DNA of 64,000 bases from an uncultured Lachnospiraceae bacterium (GCA_910586645.1 CAJUIS010000003.1:75106-139105), one strand, 5' to 3'; positions 19,181 to 29,808 are shown, counted from the stretch's first letter. Notes: a model not told the origin generated them from the sequence alone. Made by a program: numbers and translations.

Positions 19181-21370
19181 TTATTTTAAATTCAATTTTG
19201 CAAATGCATCTGCAAAAGCGCTGTTTATCGGCGCCTCCGCTTCTTTCTTTTGTTTGTTCAAATAACGCTGCACATCTTTTTTATTCACTCCGGCCCCTTC
19301 TTTTTTCCGGCGCTCCTGGAATGCGGACAGTTTTTCCTTATATCCGCACGCACAGATAAAGGTTTCCTCTTCTCCCCTTACATACATCTCCATTTTTTTA
19401 TGGCAGTTTGGACACCGGGCGTTCGTCATTTTAGACACTGTCTCCCTGTGGCCGCATTCCCTGTCCTGGCAAACCAGAAGCCTGCTGTTTTTCCCGTTTA
19501 CGGCCAGCATTCGCTTTCCGCATACCGGACATTTCTTATTGGTCAGGTTATCATGCCGGAACGTTCCCTGGCCCGTTTTGATTTCCCCGACAATCTCCAT
19601 TGTATACTCCCTGATATTCTTTAAAAACTCCTCTTTTTTCAGGGTTCCCTTTGCCACATCCGAAAGCTTCATTTCCCAGGCCGCCGTAAGCTCCGGTTTT
19701 TTCAAATCCTTTGGAACCAGTTCCAAAAGCTGCTTTGCCTTCTGCGTAATAAAAATATCCTTTCCCCGTTTTTCCATCAGAAACGTATGAAACAGTTTTT
19801 CAATAATATCGGCTCGCGTCGCCACTGTGCCAAGCCCTCCTGTCTCTCCCAGTGTCTTTATTGCCGCTTTTTCCTTTGTCTGCATATATTTCACCGGGTT
19901 TTCCATTGCCGACAGAAGCGTCGCCTCATTAAACGGCGCAGGCGGCTTCGTCATTCCCTTTGTTATTTTCTCACTTCGAATGACAAGCTCTTCCCCTTTC
20001 TTTATCTCCGGCAGCGTCTGCTCGCCAATCTCATCTTCCTCTTCCTCTTCGAAATCGTCCGGATTTTCATACACAGCCCGAAACCCCGGATCTTTTACGA
20101 TTTTCCCCCTTGCCAGAAACGTTTCTCCCGCAGCTTCGGCATACAGCGTCGTCTGCTCGTACAAAAAAGGCGGAAACAAAACGGCAAGAAACCTGCGGAC
20201 TGCCAGATCGTAAATCTTTCGCTCCTCTGTCGTCATATGCTCAAGCTGCACATATTGTTCGGTCGGTATAATGGCATGATGATCGCTTACCTTTTTGTCA
20301 TTTACAAACGAAGCGTTCGTTCGGACCGGCTTTGCCGCAAGACCTGACGCAAGCTTCCGGTAAGGCCCGGCGGCGCATGCCATAAGACGCTCTTTTATCG
20401 TTTCCGCCACGTCAGTCCCTATATAGCGCGAATCCGTCCTCGGATAGGTCAGGGCCTTATGGTTTTCATACAGCCGCTGCATAATATTTAACGTCTCTTT
20501 CGCTGAATAGCCAAACTTTTTATTTGCGTCTCTCTGCAGCTCCGTTAAATCATACAGACCGGGAGCGAACATTTTTTTTGCTGTTTTTTCCACGGAGACA
20601 ACCCGCAGTTTTCTTCCTTTTAAATTGTCCAGAAGCACCTGCATCCGGCCGCTTTCAAACGTACGGCTTCCCCTGCTTTTTTTATCCTGCCATATCCAGC
20701 TTATTCCCCCGGCTTCCAGCTTCATTCCATAATATTCTCTGGGTCTAAACGACCGGATTTCTTCTTCCCGCCCGGCTATCATAGCAAGCGTCGGCGTCTG
20801 CACGCGGCCGCACGAAAGCTGCGCATTGTATTTACAGGTAAGGGCGCGGGTAGCGTTGATTCCTACCAGCCAGTCGGCTTCGGCGCGGGCGGCGGCCGCG
20901 GCATAGAGGCTGTTATATTCCCTCCCGTCTTTTAAATTGGAAAAACCTTCCCGGATAGCCTTATCTGTTACAGAAGAAATCCAAAGGCGCTTTACCGGTT
21001 TCCTGCAGTCCGCTTTATTCAGTATCCAGCGGGCGACAAGCTCTCCTTCCCGCCCCGCGTCTGTGGCTATGATTACCTGCCCGACATCCTTCCGGCAAAG
21101 CTGCGCTTTTACATCTTTATACTGTTTTGACGTCTGTTTTATCACAACCAGTTTCATCTGTTCCGGCAGCATGGGCAAAGTTTCAAGATCCCATTTGACA
21201 TATTTTTTATCGTACTCTTCCGGATCCGCCAGAGTCACCAGATGCCCAAGCGCCCAGGTGACCACGTAATCCCTCCCTTCCATGGCGCCAGGCAGCTTTT
21301 TTGTGCAGTGCAGAACCCTTGCAATGTCTCTGGCCACAGAAGGCTTTTCTGCAATAACCAATGATTTCAT
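19181..21370 (-). CDS. topB: DNA topoisomerase III
   Basis: IAEKPSVA, ATDAGREGE, SCGRVQTPTL, TYPRTDS, GLGTVATRA, C-terminal Cys ribbons. Confidence 0.95.
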   Translation of the reverse strand: MKSLVIAEKPSVARDIARVLHCTKKLPGAMEGRDYVVTWALGHLVTLADPEEYDKKYVKWDLETLPMLPEQMKLVVIKQTSKQYKDVKAQLCRKDVGQVIIATDAGREGELVARWILNKADCRKPVKRLWISSVTDKAIREGFSNLKDGREYNSLYAAAAARAEADWLVGINATRALTCKYNAQLSCGRVQTPTLAMIAGREEEIRSFRPREYYGMKLEAGGISWIWQDKKSRGSRTFESGRMQVLLDNLKGRKLRVVSVEKTAKKMFAPGLYDLTELQRDANKKFGYSAKETLNIMQRLYENHKALTYPRTDSRYIGTDVAETIKERLMACAAGPYRKLASGLAAKPVRTNASFVNDKKVSDHHAIIPTEQYVQLEHMTTEERKIYDLAVRRFLAVLFPPFLYEQTTLYAEAAGETFLARGKIVKDPGFRAVYENPDDFEEEEEDEIGEQTLPEIKKGEELVIRSEKITKGMTKPPAPFNEATLLSAMENPVKYMQTKEKAAIKTLGETGGLGTVATRADIIEKLFHTFLMEKRGKDIFITQKAKQLLELVPKDLKKPELTAAWEMKLSDVAKGTLKKEEFLKNIREYTMEIVGEIKTGQGTFRHDNLTNKKCPVCGKRMLAVNGKNSRLLVCQDRECGHRETVSKMTNARCPNCHKKMEMYVRGEEETFICACGYKEKLSAFQERRKKEGAGVNKKDVQRYLNKQKKEAEAPINSAFADAFAKLNLK

Positions 21371-21469
21371 ATTTTATGTCTTCCTTTCTGTCTCTCTGAT
21401 TCCCAAAAACTTATTTTTGTAGTCATAATATCATTTAACAGAAAAAATTTCAATTTTGCTTCCATAAGA

Positions 21470-21510
21470 AAAAGTGTAAAATCCGACAAAAAACAGACTT
21501 TACACTTTTC
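21470..21510 (-). terminator. Probable terminator downstream of the MCP gene
   Basis: AAAAGTGTAAA...TTTACACTTTT inverted repeat. Confidence 0.5.
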
Positions 21511-21539
21511 ATCTTACTTATTTGAAATACCTCAAAGCC

Positions 21540-23585
21540 CTATTGCTTCAACCGGAATCTCGCCACCAGCCCTTTTAACGCAGCCGCCTGTCCCGACAGC
21601 TCCTCGCTCGCCGCAGCGCTCTCTTCTGCAGTCGCCATATTCGTCTGAACCACTTCCGAAATCTGTTCAATCCCTTTTGTAATTTCCGTCGCGTCTTCTG
21701 CCTGCTGTTTTGTATGTTCTGCAATTTCATTTACCAGCCCGCTCATCTCGCCGGAACGGACTGCAACATCCAGCATGGACTGCGCCGTCTCCTGCGCAGC
21801 GCATACGCTCTCCTCCATAGAGTCAATCGTCTCGTTTAAAAGAACCGTCGTTTCCTGTGCGGCCTCTGTAGATTTCCCGGCCAGATCCCTGACTTCAGAC
21901 GCCACAACTGCAAATCCCTTCCCTGCCTCTCCTGCACGCGCAGCTTCCACGGCCGCATTCAGCGCAAGTATATTTGTCTGGAATGCAATGTCTTCTATTA
22001 CTTTTACAATCCTGTGGATTTCTGTAGATTTATCGCTGCTCTTTTGTATCACTTCCGTCATATGCCGCATCTTCTGGTTGCTCTCCAAAAGGCTCTGCTT
22101 TACTTCCTCCGACAAATCCTTAGCCTTCTGCGCTCCTTTTGCCACTTCTCTTACGCTGTCAGAAACAGAGCCGATGTGGCCTGCCAGAGCATCCACCTCA
22201 GACGCCTGCTCCGCAGAACCTTTAGACAGTGTAACGGCTCCGCCGGAAACCTGCTGTGAACCCGCCGACACTTCTTTTGACGCGGCATATATCTGCTTCA
22301 TTGCGCCGTTTAATTCCACGGAAATTTCTTCCATGGACGCCTTCAGCTTTGCAAACTCGCCAACATATTCATTTTCCAGGGTAAACGTCAGATCTCCGGC
22401 TGCAATCTCTTTTAATTTTTCTGAAATTTCATTGATATAGGTCACATACCCGCGAAGCTGCTTTGTCACCCGGTTAAAATTATCTGCCAATACGCCAAGC
22501 TCGTCTCCAGACCGGTAGCGGATTGTCTGATCCAAATCCCCTTCCGCTATCCGGGTAGCCACCCGGCTTAACTCCCTTACCGGTTTCCCTATAATAAAAC
22601 GAACGGACAGAATCACCAAAAAAAGCATAATCACTGACACTGCCACAGCGGCCAGCGTCAAAATTCTTGTCAAATCATTCAGTTCCTGTAAAACCTCTGA
22701 TTTTGACACATAAGAAACCGCCTTCCAGTCGCTGTCCGGTATATTTTCCACCTGAATATAAGTATCCGCCCAGACAGACAATCCCGTCTGCCCGCCTTTA
22801 ATCTGTTCGTTGACATAGGCGTATATGCCGTCTTCCATTTTATCTAATTTCTGACCTGTAATCTCACTGTCTTTATGTCCGATAATCGTATTTGTCCGGG
22901 CGTCCACCAGAAAAATCCCGCCGGTATCTTCAATCTGAATGCCGCTTACAATCTTGGAGATAGAATCTAAATATACATCCGCCGCCGCGACGCCCCGCAC
23001 CTTTCCGCCGCCGTCCCGCAGCATTCCGGAAGCGCCCACTACATAGGACTGGCTGTCCTCGTCAAAATATACGTCGCCCAGAATAAACTCCTCAGAAACA
23101 ATCCCGTCCTTGTACCAGCTCTTGGAAAGCGCGTCAAAATCCGCTCCCGGAACAAAGGAAGCATGATGCAGAGAACCGTCCGTCAGGGCTGCATACAGCC
23201 CGGCAGGATATGCCTCATTCTGATCCGCCGTGTGTTTGATAAAATTTTTCAGTTCCGGCACGTCCATATCCTCATATTCTATCGTATCCCTCTGCGCTTC
23301 CAGCATGGCCAGCGTCTTATTCATCCATGCTTTTGTTTCCTGGATTGTCCGCTCTGTCGTCGCCCGCAAAATATCCTCGCTCTTGTCCAAAAGCGTCTTC
23401 GACATATTCCTGTTCATGTACGACAGCAGCAGCGACAAAGCAATCGCCATACTCACGACAACCGCAGCCACCAGCTTCCCCGCTATTCCGATCCCCCGCC
23501 GCATAGATGAGGCTGCCCTGACTGGCTTCTCTCTTTTAGATTCCATATGCATACTCCCCTTTTTCATTTGCTTTTCCAATGCCAA
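21540..23585 (-). CDS. Methyl-accepting chemotaxis protein (Cache-type sensor, HAMP, MA domain)
   Basis: Two TMs; WYK...[45 protein letters not shown]. True start is probably ATG 23546 or 23555. Confidence 0.95.
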   Translation of the reverse strand: MALEKQMKKGSMHMESKREKPVRAASSMRRGIGIAGKLVAAVVVSMAIALSLLLSYMNRNMSKTLLDKSEDILRATTERTIQETKAWMNKTLAMLEAQRDTIEYEDMDVPELKNFIKHTADQNEAYPAGLYAALTDGSLHHASFVPGADFDALSKSWYKDGIVSEEFILGDVYFDEDSQSYVVGASGMLRDGGGKVRGVAAADVYLDSISKIVSGIQIEDTGGIFLVDARTNTIIGHKDSEITGQKLDKMEDGIYAYVNEQIKGGQTGLSVWADTYIQVENIPDSDWKAVSYVSKSEVLQELNDLTRILTLAAVAVSVIMLFLVILSVRFIIGKPVRELSRVATRIAEGDLDQTIRYRSGDELGVLADNFNRVTKQLRGYVTYINEISEKLKEIAAGDLTFTLENEYVGEFAKLKASMEEISVELNGAMKQIYAASKEVSAGSQQVSGGAVTLSKGSAEQASEVDALAGHIGSVSDSVREVAKGAQKAKDLSEEVKQSLLESNQKMRHMTEVIQKSSDKSTEIHRIVKVIEDIAFQTNILALNAAVEAARAGEAGKGFAVVASEVRDLAGKSTEAAQETTVLLNETIDSMEESVCAAQETAQSMLDVAVRSGEMSGLVNEIAEHTKQQAEDATEITKGIEQISEVVQTNMATAEESAAASEELSGQAAALKGLVARFRLKQ

Positions 23586-23602
23586 AAGAAATCATTTCTT
23601 CT

Positions 23603-23631
23603 ATTATATCAGGTGAAATCTGGAAATACAA
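23603..23631 (-). promoter_or_regulatory. Putative sigma-A promoter of the MCP gene
   Basis: TTGTAT-17-TATAAT with TG extension. Confidence 0.6.
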
Positions 23632-23747
23632 GACTCTTGCCGACAGAGCGCAGAAATCAAAAACAAATAGATTTTTTCTTCTATTTATGATACAATAATT
23701 CAAAAATCAACGCCCGCAACGGGCAAGGAGAGTGAGGAAAGCGCCCT

Positions 23748-24500
23748 ATGAAAAAAAAGAAAAAGAACCCGGCATTTAAAATCGCCTTCTTTCTGGCTCT
23801 TATTGTCTTTCTTTTTGCCGCTACAAGGCTAGGAATGTTTTTCTATCGGTATTACAAAGAAGATTCTTCCTATAAAGAGCTTGAAACCTATGCCGAACTG
23901 GATGAAACGCCGCCTGCAACCGCGGAAGCTCCGCAATATGTATCCCCGATTGATTTTTCTTCCTTACAGGAATTAAACCCTGATACGATTGCATGGATTT
24001 ATTTTGAAAATATGGATCTCAGCTATCCGGTTGTACAGGGAGAAGACGACGACTTTTATCTGCATCATGGTTTTTACAAAGAGGAAAATACCAGCGGATG
24101 CATTTTTCTGGACACACAGTCTGCAGCGGATTTTTCCAGCGACAATTCCTTTGTCTATGGCCACAACATGAAAAACAAATCCATGTTCGCCAAACTGAAT
24201 CAATACACGGACGAAGCTTTTTACCGGGAAAATACGACTTTCCTGGTATATACGCCGACAGCCACAAAACGGTACGAGATTTATTCCTGTTATCCGGCGG
24301 AGCTGGACTGGGATTCCTTCACTTACCAGTTTGACAGCCCGGAAGCCTATGCCCTGTGGCAGACAACGGTAAAAGGCCGGAGCCTTTACGACACAGGCGT
24401 TGTGCCTGACGTCTCACAGAAAACCGTAACCTTAATGACCTGTACTCCCAAAGGCAGCGACTACCGTTTCCTGGTTCATGGAAGACTGATTGAAAAATAA
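23748..24500 (+). CDS. srtB: Class B sortase
   Basis: N-terminal TM; LNPDTIAWI, YPVVQG.DD.FYL, YGHNMKN.SMF, TLMTC...R. Confidence 0.92.
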   Translation: MKKKKKNPAFKIAFFLALIVFLFAATRLGMFFYRYYKEDSSYKELETYAELDETPPATAEAPQYVSPIDFSSLQELNPDTIAWIYFENMDLSYPVVQGEDDDFYLHHGFYKEENTSGCIFLDTQSAADFSSDNSFVYGHNMKNKSMFAKLNQYTDEAFYRENTTFLVYTPTATKRYEIYSCYPAELDWDSFTYQFDSPEAYALWQTTVKGRSLYDTGVVPDVSQKTVTLMTCTPKGSDYRFLVHGRLIEK

Positions 24501-24514
24501 AAACAACGCATTGC

Positions 24515-24541
24515 AAAAGCGCCTGCAGCAGCAGGCGCTTT
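24515..24541. terminator. Bidirectional terminator closing srtB and the pilus/SipW operon
   Basis: AAAAGCGCCTGC-AGCA-GCAGGCGCTTT. Confidence 0.85.
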
Positions 24542-24552
24542 CATTATAATCG

Positions 24553-25083
24553 TTATTCTTTTTCTTCTTTCCGTCTTCCCAAAAAAGACGCCGCACCCTG
24601 AAGGATCAGGGAGAGAGCGACAATCGCCGCAGCCGTTATCTTCCCGGCAAAGCTTGCCAGAAACTCGGCGATCCCGCCCACCATCGGAATGGATAAATTC
24701 ACTTTTCCGATAAAATTGGCATAGGGAACCGGATTCATGTCCTTCGTTTCATTGGCGTCGCCCTTTGTAATAAATTCCCCCATTAACACCTGATTTTCCA
24801 AAACGCGGTGCGTAATAATTGAAAATTCATCTTTTGCCCCGTAAAATGCAATGACGTCGTCTTCCGCAATATCTTCCGGGGACATCTCTTTAATATACAC
24901 CAGGCTTCCAATCGGAATCGCCGGCTCCATACTTCCGCTGATTACCGTATAAATATGGTATCCAAACATTTTTGGAACTGTCAGCGGGACGCAAACCGCT
25001 ATAACCGCAATCAATAAAAAGATGCCCAGGGCGTTGCACACAGCAGCGCCCGGACTCCTTTTCTTACTTGTTTTCTTTTTCAT
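24553..25083 (-). CDS. sipW: SipW-type (ER-type, Ser/His) signal peptidase I
   Basis: VISGSMEP, ITHRV, TKGDAN, C-terminal TM. Confidence 0.88.
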   Translation of the reverse strand: MKKKTSKKRSPGAAVCNALGIFLLIAVIAVCVPLTVPKMFGYHIYTVISGSMEPAIPIGSLVYIKEMSPEDIAEDDVIAFYGAKDEFSIITHRVLENQVLMGEFITKGDANETKDMNPVPYANFIGKVNLSIPMVGGIAEFLASFAGKITAAAIVALSLILQGAASFLGRRKEEKE

Positions 25084-26179
25084 GTTCTCTTCTATTCTCT
25101 TCTATATTATTTGTCACTGTTTTTGCCGACTTTCTGCGTTTGAACAAAATAATCGCAAGAACCGCAAGAGCCGTTGCCGCAGCCGCGCCGATCCCAATGC
25201 GAAGCGCAAGCGGCAGTCCCTTTTCCATCTTCTTCTGGTTCTTTTCATCCAAAATAACGTTGCCTGTCGGCGTTTTCTCATCGTCTACGTCTAAAAGAGG
25301 CTGATCCAGCGGCACCTCACCGTCAGGAAGGTTTTCTCCCGCTTCTTCAGGAGCGTTTGCATCTCCTGCGCCGTCCTGCGCCGCGTCAGCAGCGTCCGCT
25401 GCTCCTCCGTCTGCAGGAGCCGCGCCGCCGTCCGCCGGAGCTCCCCCGCCTGCAGGAGTTGTCGTTGTGCCGCCGCCCGCAGGAGTTGTCGTCGCACCGC
25501 CCGTCGGCGTTGTCGTACCGCCGCCTGTCGGAGTCGTCGTTGTGCCTCCTGTCGGCGTTTCCTCCGTACCCGGCGCCTCATCCGCAACATAAACGAACGT
25601 CAGCACATTTTCATTTTCGTTTGCCGTCAGCGTCTTTGCAAGCGCAAGCGCCTGAGGCGTATAACCTTCAATGTATAAATATGCGGCAACTGCCTTGTCG
25701 CCTACATTTCCATAATAAGTCTTGCTGGGCGCCAGCGTATTTCCGGCAGTATCCTGGTAATTTACCCTGTAACCTACCGTATCGCCTTTAATTCCATATG
25801 CCACTACATAATCGGCGTCGCCGTCTACTTTAAACGCAGAAGCCGTCACTGTATTATTGTCACGTCCGCTTTCACGAATGCCTTTGATGTAATACTTATT
25901 GGCGTTGCCCATGCCAAGCGCTCCCGCCTGTGCGTCAAAAGATACGATATCGCCAAATTTTAAACCGCTCACCGTAATCTTATCGGATTTTACATCTATC
26001 TTTCCCAGATTGTAACGCACCGACAATCCGTTGGAATTTGCAAAGGTTCCCTGGTTTCCGGCATAAAACGTTACGGTATAAGTATAAGCTTCCTCTTCCG
26101 CTGCAGCATCCGTATAAGAAAGTGTAAAACATATGCAGAATACAGACAGCAGCATCACTGCTTTCTTCCAGATTTTCAT
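25064..26179 (-). CDS. Secreted, C-terminally anchored surface protein (MucBP-like domain, Thr/Gly stalk, D-x-x-VPL motif)
   Basis: Signal peptide MKIWKK...; VNYQD..G..LA....YYG.VG...IEGY.P; TM plus KRRK; ATG 26179 overlaps upstream stop (ATGA). Confidence 0.75.
   Translation of the reverse strand: MKIWKKAVMLLSVFCICFTLSYTDAAAEEEAYTYTVTFYAGNQGTFANSNGLSVRYNLGKIDVKSDKITVSGLKFGDIVSFDAQAGALGMGNANKYYIKGIRESGRDNNTVTASAFKVDGDADYVVAYGIKGDTVGYRVNYQDTAGNTLAPSKTYYGNVGDKAVAAYLYIEGYTPQALALAKTLTANENENVLTFVYVADEAPGTEETPTGGTTTTPTGGGTTTPTGGATTTPAGGGTTTTPAGGGAPADGGAAPADGGAADAADAAQDGAGDANAPEEAGENLPDGEVPLDQPLLDVDDEKTPTGNVILDEKNQKKMEKGLPLALRIGIGAAAATALAVLAIILFKRRKSAKTVTNNIEENRREHEKENK
25390..25562 (-). repeat. 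Coding tandem repeats (TTTPxGG x5, APADGG x2)
   Basis: Degenerate 21-27 bp units in the stalk-coding region. Confidence 0.85.
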
Positions 26180-26967
26180 GCCGACGCCTCCTCCCCTTCT
26201 TCCTCTTCGTTTTTCCTCTTTAAAGCAATCAGTCCAAATACCAGAAGCACAATTCCGCTGACAAGCGCCGCCGCGCAATACGGAAGCAGATTTGTCTCAT
26301 CCCCTGTCTTTGGAAGATTTCTCGGACCATTTGGATCCGGAGGGCTTCCCGGCGTTATGGAATGCGTCTCTCTGTCTCTGTTTGACGTTGAAGCAACTTC
26401 TTCCACGGCAAAATTCATTCTCAGACGCGCCAGCGTATCCTGATATGCGTTTCCCTGCGTCTCTCCGTCCAGACCGACCGTCAGATAGACTGTTCCTGTG
26501 CTCCCTTTTTCCAGCCTGTCAAGGAAAAACCAGTCTTCAAGGGAATTTGTCGCCTGATTCAGTCCGGTTCCCGCTTTTGATTTTCCTTCTCCGCCGACCG
26601 ACTCACTGCTGTAAAGCACCGTCTCCTGTTTCTTATGGTTGACATAAGTCAGGATATACGTATATGCGCCGCCTTCCGCTACGCTCTGCGACTCCTCTAA
26701 GCTTCGCAGCACTTCATTCGTCATATACCAGTCCGTCGCCTTATCTCCGGCATTCTTAATCCCAACCTGAAGCCTGATCGTATCTCCTGGCTGAATCTGG
26801 TAAATCTCCTCTGTCATTTCCGAAGATTTGAAATTACTGTTCATCTTCTTGCCGTCAAATTCCACCTTCCATGCCGAAGAACCCTGAAACTCCTCCGCAT
26901 GTACGGCGCTTCCCATGCCGATCAGCATTGCCATTGCCGTAACAAGGCACAAAATTCTCTTTTTCAT
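26176..26967 (-). CDS. LPKTG-anchored surface protein
   Basis: Signal peptide ending VHA; LDGETQGNAYQ; NLPKTGD, TM, KRK. Confidence 0.8.
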   Translation of the reverse strand: MKKRILCLVTAMAMLIGMGSAVHAEEFQGSSAWKVEFDGKKMNSNFKSSEMTEEIYQIQPGDTIRLQVGIKNAGDKATDWYMTNEVLRSLEESQSVAEGGAYTYILTYVNHKKQETVLYSSESVGGEGKSKAGTGLNQATNSLEDWFFLDRLEKGSTGTVYLTVGLDGETQGNAYQDTLARLRMNFAVEEVASTSNRDRETHSITPGSPPDPNGPRNLPKTGDETNLLPYCAAALVSGIVLLVFGLIALKRKNEEEEGEEASA

Positions 26968-26979
26968 ATTCTGTACCTC

Positions 26980-27732
26980 CTATCTCAGACTCAGATGATT
27001 ATCTGAAGAAACATTCACGTCCACACCCCATGCGCTTTTGATAGCGTCCACTGCATTGTGCGTCTGCACTGCATCCACTTCGGCCTCTATGTTAAACTGA
27101 TAGCCATCGTATTCATACGTGGTCGTAATCGTCTTGTAACCGTCTTTTTCCTCTACAAATTCATTCACTTTTCCGGTAATCGAAGGATCAATCCGAATCG
27201 TATCCGTAATGTCCGGCGTGCTTTCTCCCGCCGCAATGCTCTTTGTATAATAAAGCACGGTACGCTCCTTTGTCGAAGCTTTCTTATCGATAATCCATCC
27301 GTTTCCGACAAAATTCAAATCAATCAGATCCGGAGAAAGCGTCGTATCTTTGCCCTCTGCGTCCATCCAGCTTTTCCGGATAATGACTCTGACATAAGTG
27401 TCAATCGTGCCGCTGTTTGTCACGCCAAGCCGTTCCGGATATTCTTTGCCCGGCTCCAGCTTTTCACCTTCTTTTAACATCCCCGTCAAAAGCCTGCCTT
27501 CCGCTTCGTCCCATTTATCGTTCTTGTGGGTATAGTCCCTGTAACTGACTTTGTTTCCATTCTCCGTCAAAGTTACGCCGATATTGGAAACCGTCACTTC
27601 CGCCGCATAATTTTCACTGTAGTACGTAAGTGCAGCCCTGGCGCTCCCCACCGTGGAAAATGCAAGAAGCAGCGCAGCCGCCGAAAGAAGAATTGCCGGC
27701 TTTGCGGCAAAAGGTTTTCTTTTCTTACTCAT
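26980..27732 (-). CDS. SipW-dependent (TasA/BsaA-like) secreted protein
   Basis: Signal peptide GSARAALTYY; V.NSG.IDTYVRV; W....YY; AEVDAVQ. Confidence 0.7.
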   Translation of the reverse strand: MSKKRKPFAAKPAILLSAAALLLAFSTVGSARAALTYYSENYAAEVTVSNIGVTLTENGNKVSYRDYTHKNDKWDEAEGRLLTGMLKEGEKLEPGKEYPERLGVTNSGTIDTYVRVIIRKSWMDAEGKDTTLSPDLIDLNFVGNGWIIDKKASTKERTVLYYTKSIAAGESTPDITDTIRIDPSITGKVNEFVEEKDGYKTITTTYEYDGYQFNIEAEVDAVQTHNAVDAIKSAWGVDVNVSSDNHLSLR

Positions 27733-28289
27733 TACTTGCCGCCTCCTTTATCCCCCGTATAGGTATTTGTCGCAGTATCTGCAATCTTCGTCCAGTCTGC
27801 CGTCGGTTTTCCGTCCTCTCCATAGGAAACCATCGTGCATTCCTGTATAATGACAACATTAAAATCCTTCTGGGTGTTTGTGCTTTCCATGCTGTCCTTA
27901 ATATTCTTTACGCCTACCAGAAGCTCTTCCGTGCTTTTGCCCGGCTTTACGATATCACTGTAGTAATAATATCCGTCCGCTCCCGGCGACCATTTTCCGG
28001 ACTGATCTGAATATGTCAGCTTCTCCTGATACTCCGCTCCTGCAAGCGCCTTTACCCTGATATAGCATTCATGATCCCCTGTATTTGTGATCTGGATATG
28101 CTTTGTCATGTCGATTACCTTTTCATCGGGTTTCGTCGTAGTAAATCCGAGGTTTATCTGCACGCCGCCGTTTGCCGTGGCATATGTCGTAAAATACGCC
28201 ATTGCGCTTCCGATTCCAAGACTTACTATAAGCGCAAAAGCGGCCGCCGCCAAGGCAATCGTCTTTTTGTCAGGATATTTTTTCATCAC
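27732..28289 (-). CDS. SipW-dependent (TasA/BsaA-like) secreted protein
   Basis: SipW-cognate signal GSAMAYFTT; I.NTG..ECYIRV; W....DGYYYY...VKPG.ST. Confidence 0.75.
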   Translation of the reverse strand: MMKKYPDKKTIALAAAAFALIVSLGIGSAMAYFTTYATANGGVQINLGFTTTKPDEKVIDMTKHIQITNTGDHECYIRVKALAGAEYQEKLTYSDQSGKWSPGADGYYYYSDIVKPGKSTEELLVGVKNIKDSMESTNTQKDFNVVIIQECTMVSYGEDGKPTADWTKIADTATNTYTGDKGGGK

Positions 28290-28321
28290 TCATTCCTCCT
28301 TACCTCATGCGTCTTTTCGCC

Positions 28322-29791
28322 TTATCTCCGCTTAATCGGGATTTGTCTCTCCCTTGCCCTGATCTTTGCCCGCTTGCGAAGCGTAATGCCTCCAAACGTC
28401 AGTCCCGTTACACCAACCAGTCCGGCTGTTCCAACTGTTCTGACAAGCCCTGCGTCTTCATCCGTGAAAAAATTTTTCACCATATCCGCAAGCGGCACCG
28501 TTCCGTCGTCAATCTTCTGAAACTCTTCTTTGTCTGCAGGCGCCGGTTCTTCCTGAGGCGCATCTTCCTCTGCTTCCGCCGCTTCCGCTGCCTGCACAGC
28601 CGCCGTCTGTACCGCCGCGGCATTTTCCGCCGCCCCGGCCGGAGCCATGTTTTCCGGAACGTCCACGCCGCCCGTTATGGTATTGTCATTTACCGCCATT
28701 TCGTCTTTTACTTCATTTTCCGCGCCCATTGCAACGGTTTCGCCATTTTCCGGCAATTCATCTTTTTTCGCCGCGTCTTTCCGTTCGGAAACTACGGGGC
28801 CGTTTGTATTATCCGCTTCCTGTTCCCAATCCCAGGCATTGCTTTCAAATTTGAAATGATTGACAAGTCCCGTCCCGCTGTTTAAACGTTCGTCATAATC
28901 ATTTTTAAAGGTTACTTTCACCGGGTTTCCTTCCGAGCCTTCCGCCATAATCACGGCTTTCTGCACTTTATCGGAAGTCGGCTTATAACTTGCCCCGCTG
29001 TAAATTTCCGTCACAGTCACTTCCGCCCCGGCGGGAATGTGGCTGACAAGAACCGTTTTTTCTCCCGGTTCATTAAAATTAATTGAAACCACGTCGCTGT
29101 ATACGTTTTTTCCATCCTTTACCGCTTCCACCTGGAATACGAAAAATGCGCTTCCAAGCGTCTTATTGTAAGAAGAAAGCGTTTTAACAATCTCAAGGCC
29201 GCCAAATCTGCTCCCCTGATCCGGCTTCAAATCGCTTTCCACGTCATAAACCCATGCATCACTCGTCGTGCTGTCGCCCGGATCGTAGTAATTATTGGGC
29301 AGTGAAAGCAAAAACGGCGCAAACGTATATTCATAATATTCACTCTGCACAGTGTCCGCCATAATCAGATACAGCCCGACCGGAAGGTTTTCGGCTGCGT
29401 TTTCCGCATTCTCCGGACTGTTTAAACTGATTTCAGCATCCGGCGGCATACCGCCTTCTTCCACTGCTTTTGCCGCAATCTCCACTTTCTTCTGCCAGTC
29501 TTCCGCCGTAGTCTGTGAATTGACAGCCGTAAGTTCCAGATCCTCAAATCCGGCCTTCTCCGTATAAGTTCCTCCTTCGCTTACTTCCGCCACTTTGTAC
29601 AGCTTCACCGGAATCTGCGTCTCATTTAACTCCGGATATTCCGTTCCGACGCCAAATGTAATCCGGCAGTCCGTCCGGTCTGTTTCAATCGCAATCGCTG
29701 CGTTAAGCGCCGACATTGCGAACGGTGAAAAAACCAGGACAAAGACCAACGCCAATATACATCCTTTCTTTACTGCACTTTTTACTTTCAT
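28322..29791 (-). CDS. Pilus ancillary/basal-type protein with CnaB-like domains and C-terminal anchor
   Basis: Signal peptide; LYKVA, GLYLI, PFLLSLP, LEIVK...VTVTEIYSGASY...VTFKN; IDDGTVPLA then TM and basic tail; ATG 29791 after AGGAGG. Confidence 0.7.
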   Translation of the reverse strand: MKVKSAVKKGCILALVFVLVFSPFAMSALNAAIAIETDRTDCRITFGVGTEYPELNETQIPVKLYKVAEVSEGGTYTEKAGFEDLELTAVNSQTTAEDWQKKVEIAAKAVEEGGMPPDAEISLNSPENAENAAENLPVGLYLIMADTVQSEYYEYTFAPFLLSLPNNYYDPGDSTTSDAWVYDVESDLKPDQGSRFGGLEIVKTLSSYNKTLGSAFFVFQVEAVKDGKNVYSDVVSINFNEPGEKTVLVSHIPAGAEVTVTEIYSGASYKPTSDKVQKAVIMAEGSEGNPVKVTFKNDYDERLNSGTGLVNHFKFESNAWDWEQEADNTNGPVVSERKDAAKKDELPENGETVAMGAENEVKDEMAVNDNTITGGVDVPENMAPAGAAENAAAVQTAAVQAAEAAEAEEDAPQEEPAPADKEEFQKIDDGTVPLADMVKNFFTDEDAGLVRTVGTAGLVGVTGLTFGGITLRKRAKIRARERQIPIKRR

Positions 29792-29808
29792 CGTCTCCCC
29801 CTCCTGTC

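Noticed and set aside
18348..21370. topB plus ssb as ICE or plasmid backbone
   Set aside because: Chromosomal-type proteins among housekeeping genes, with no mobility genes
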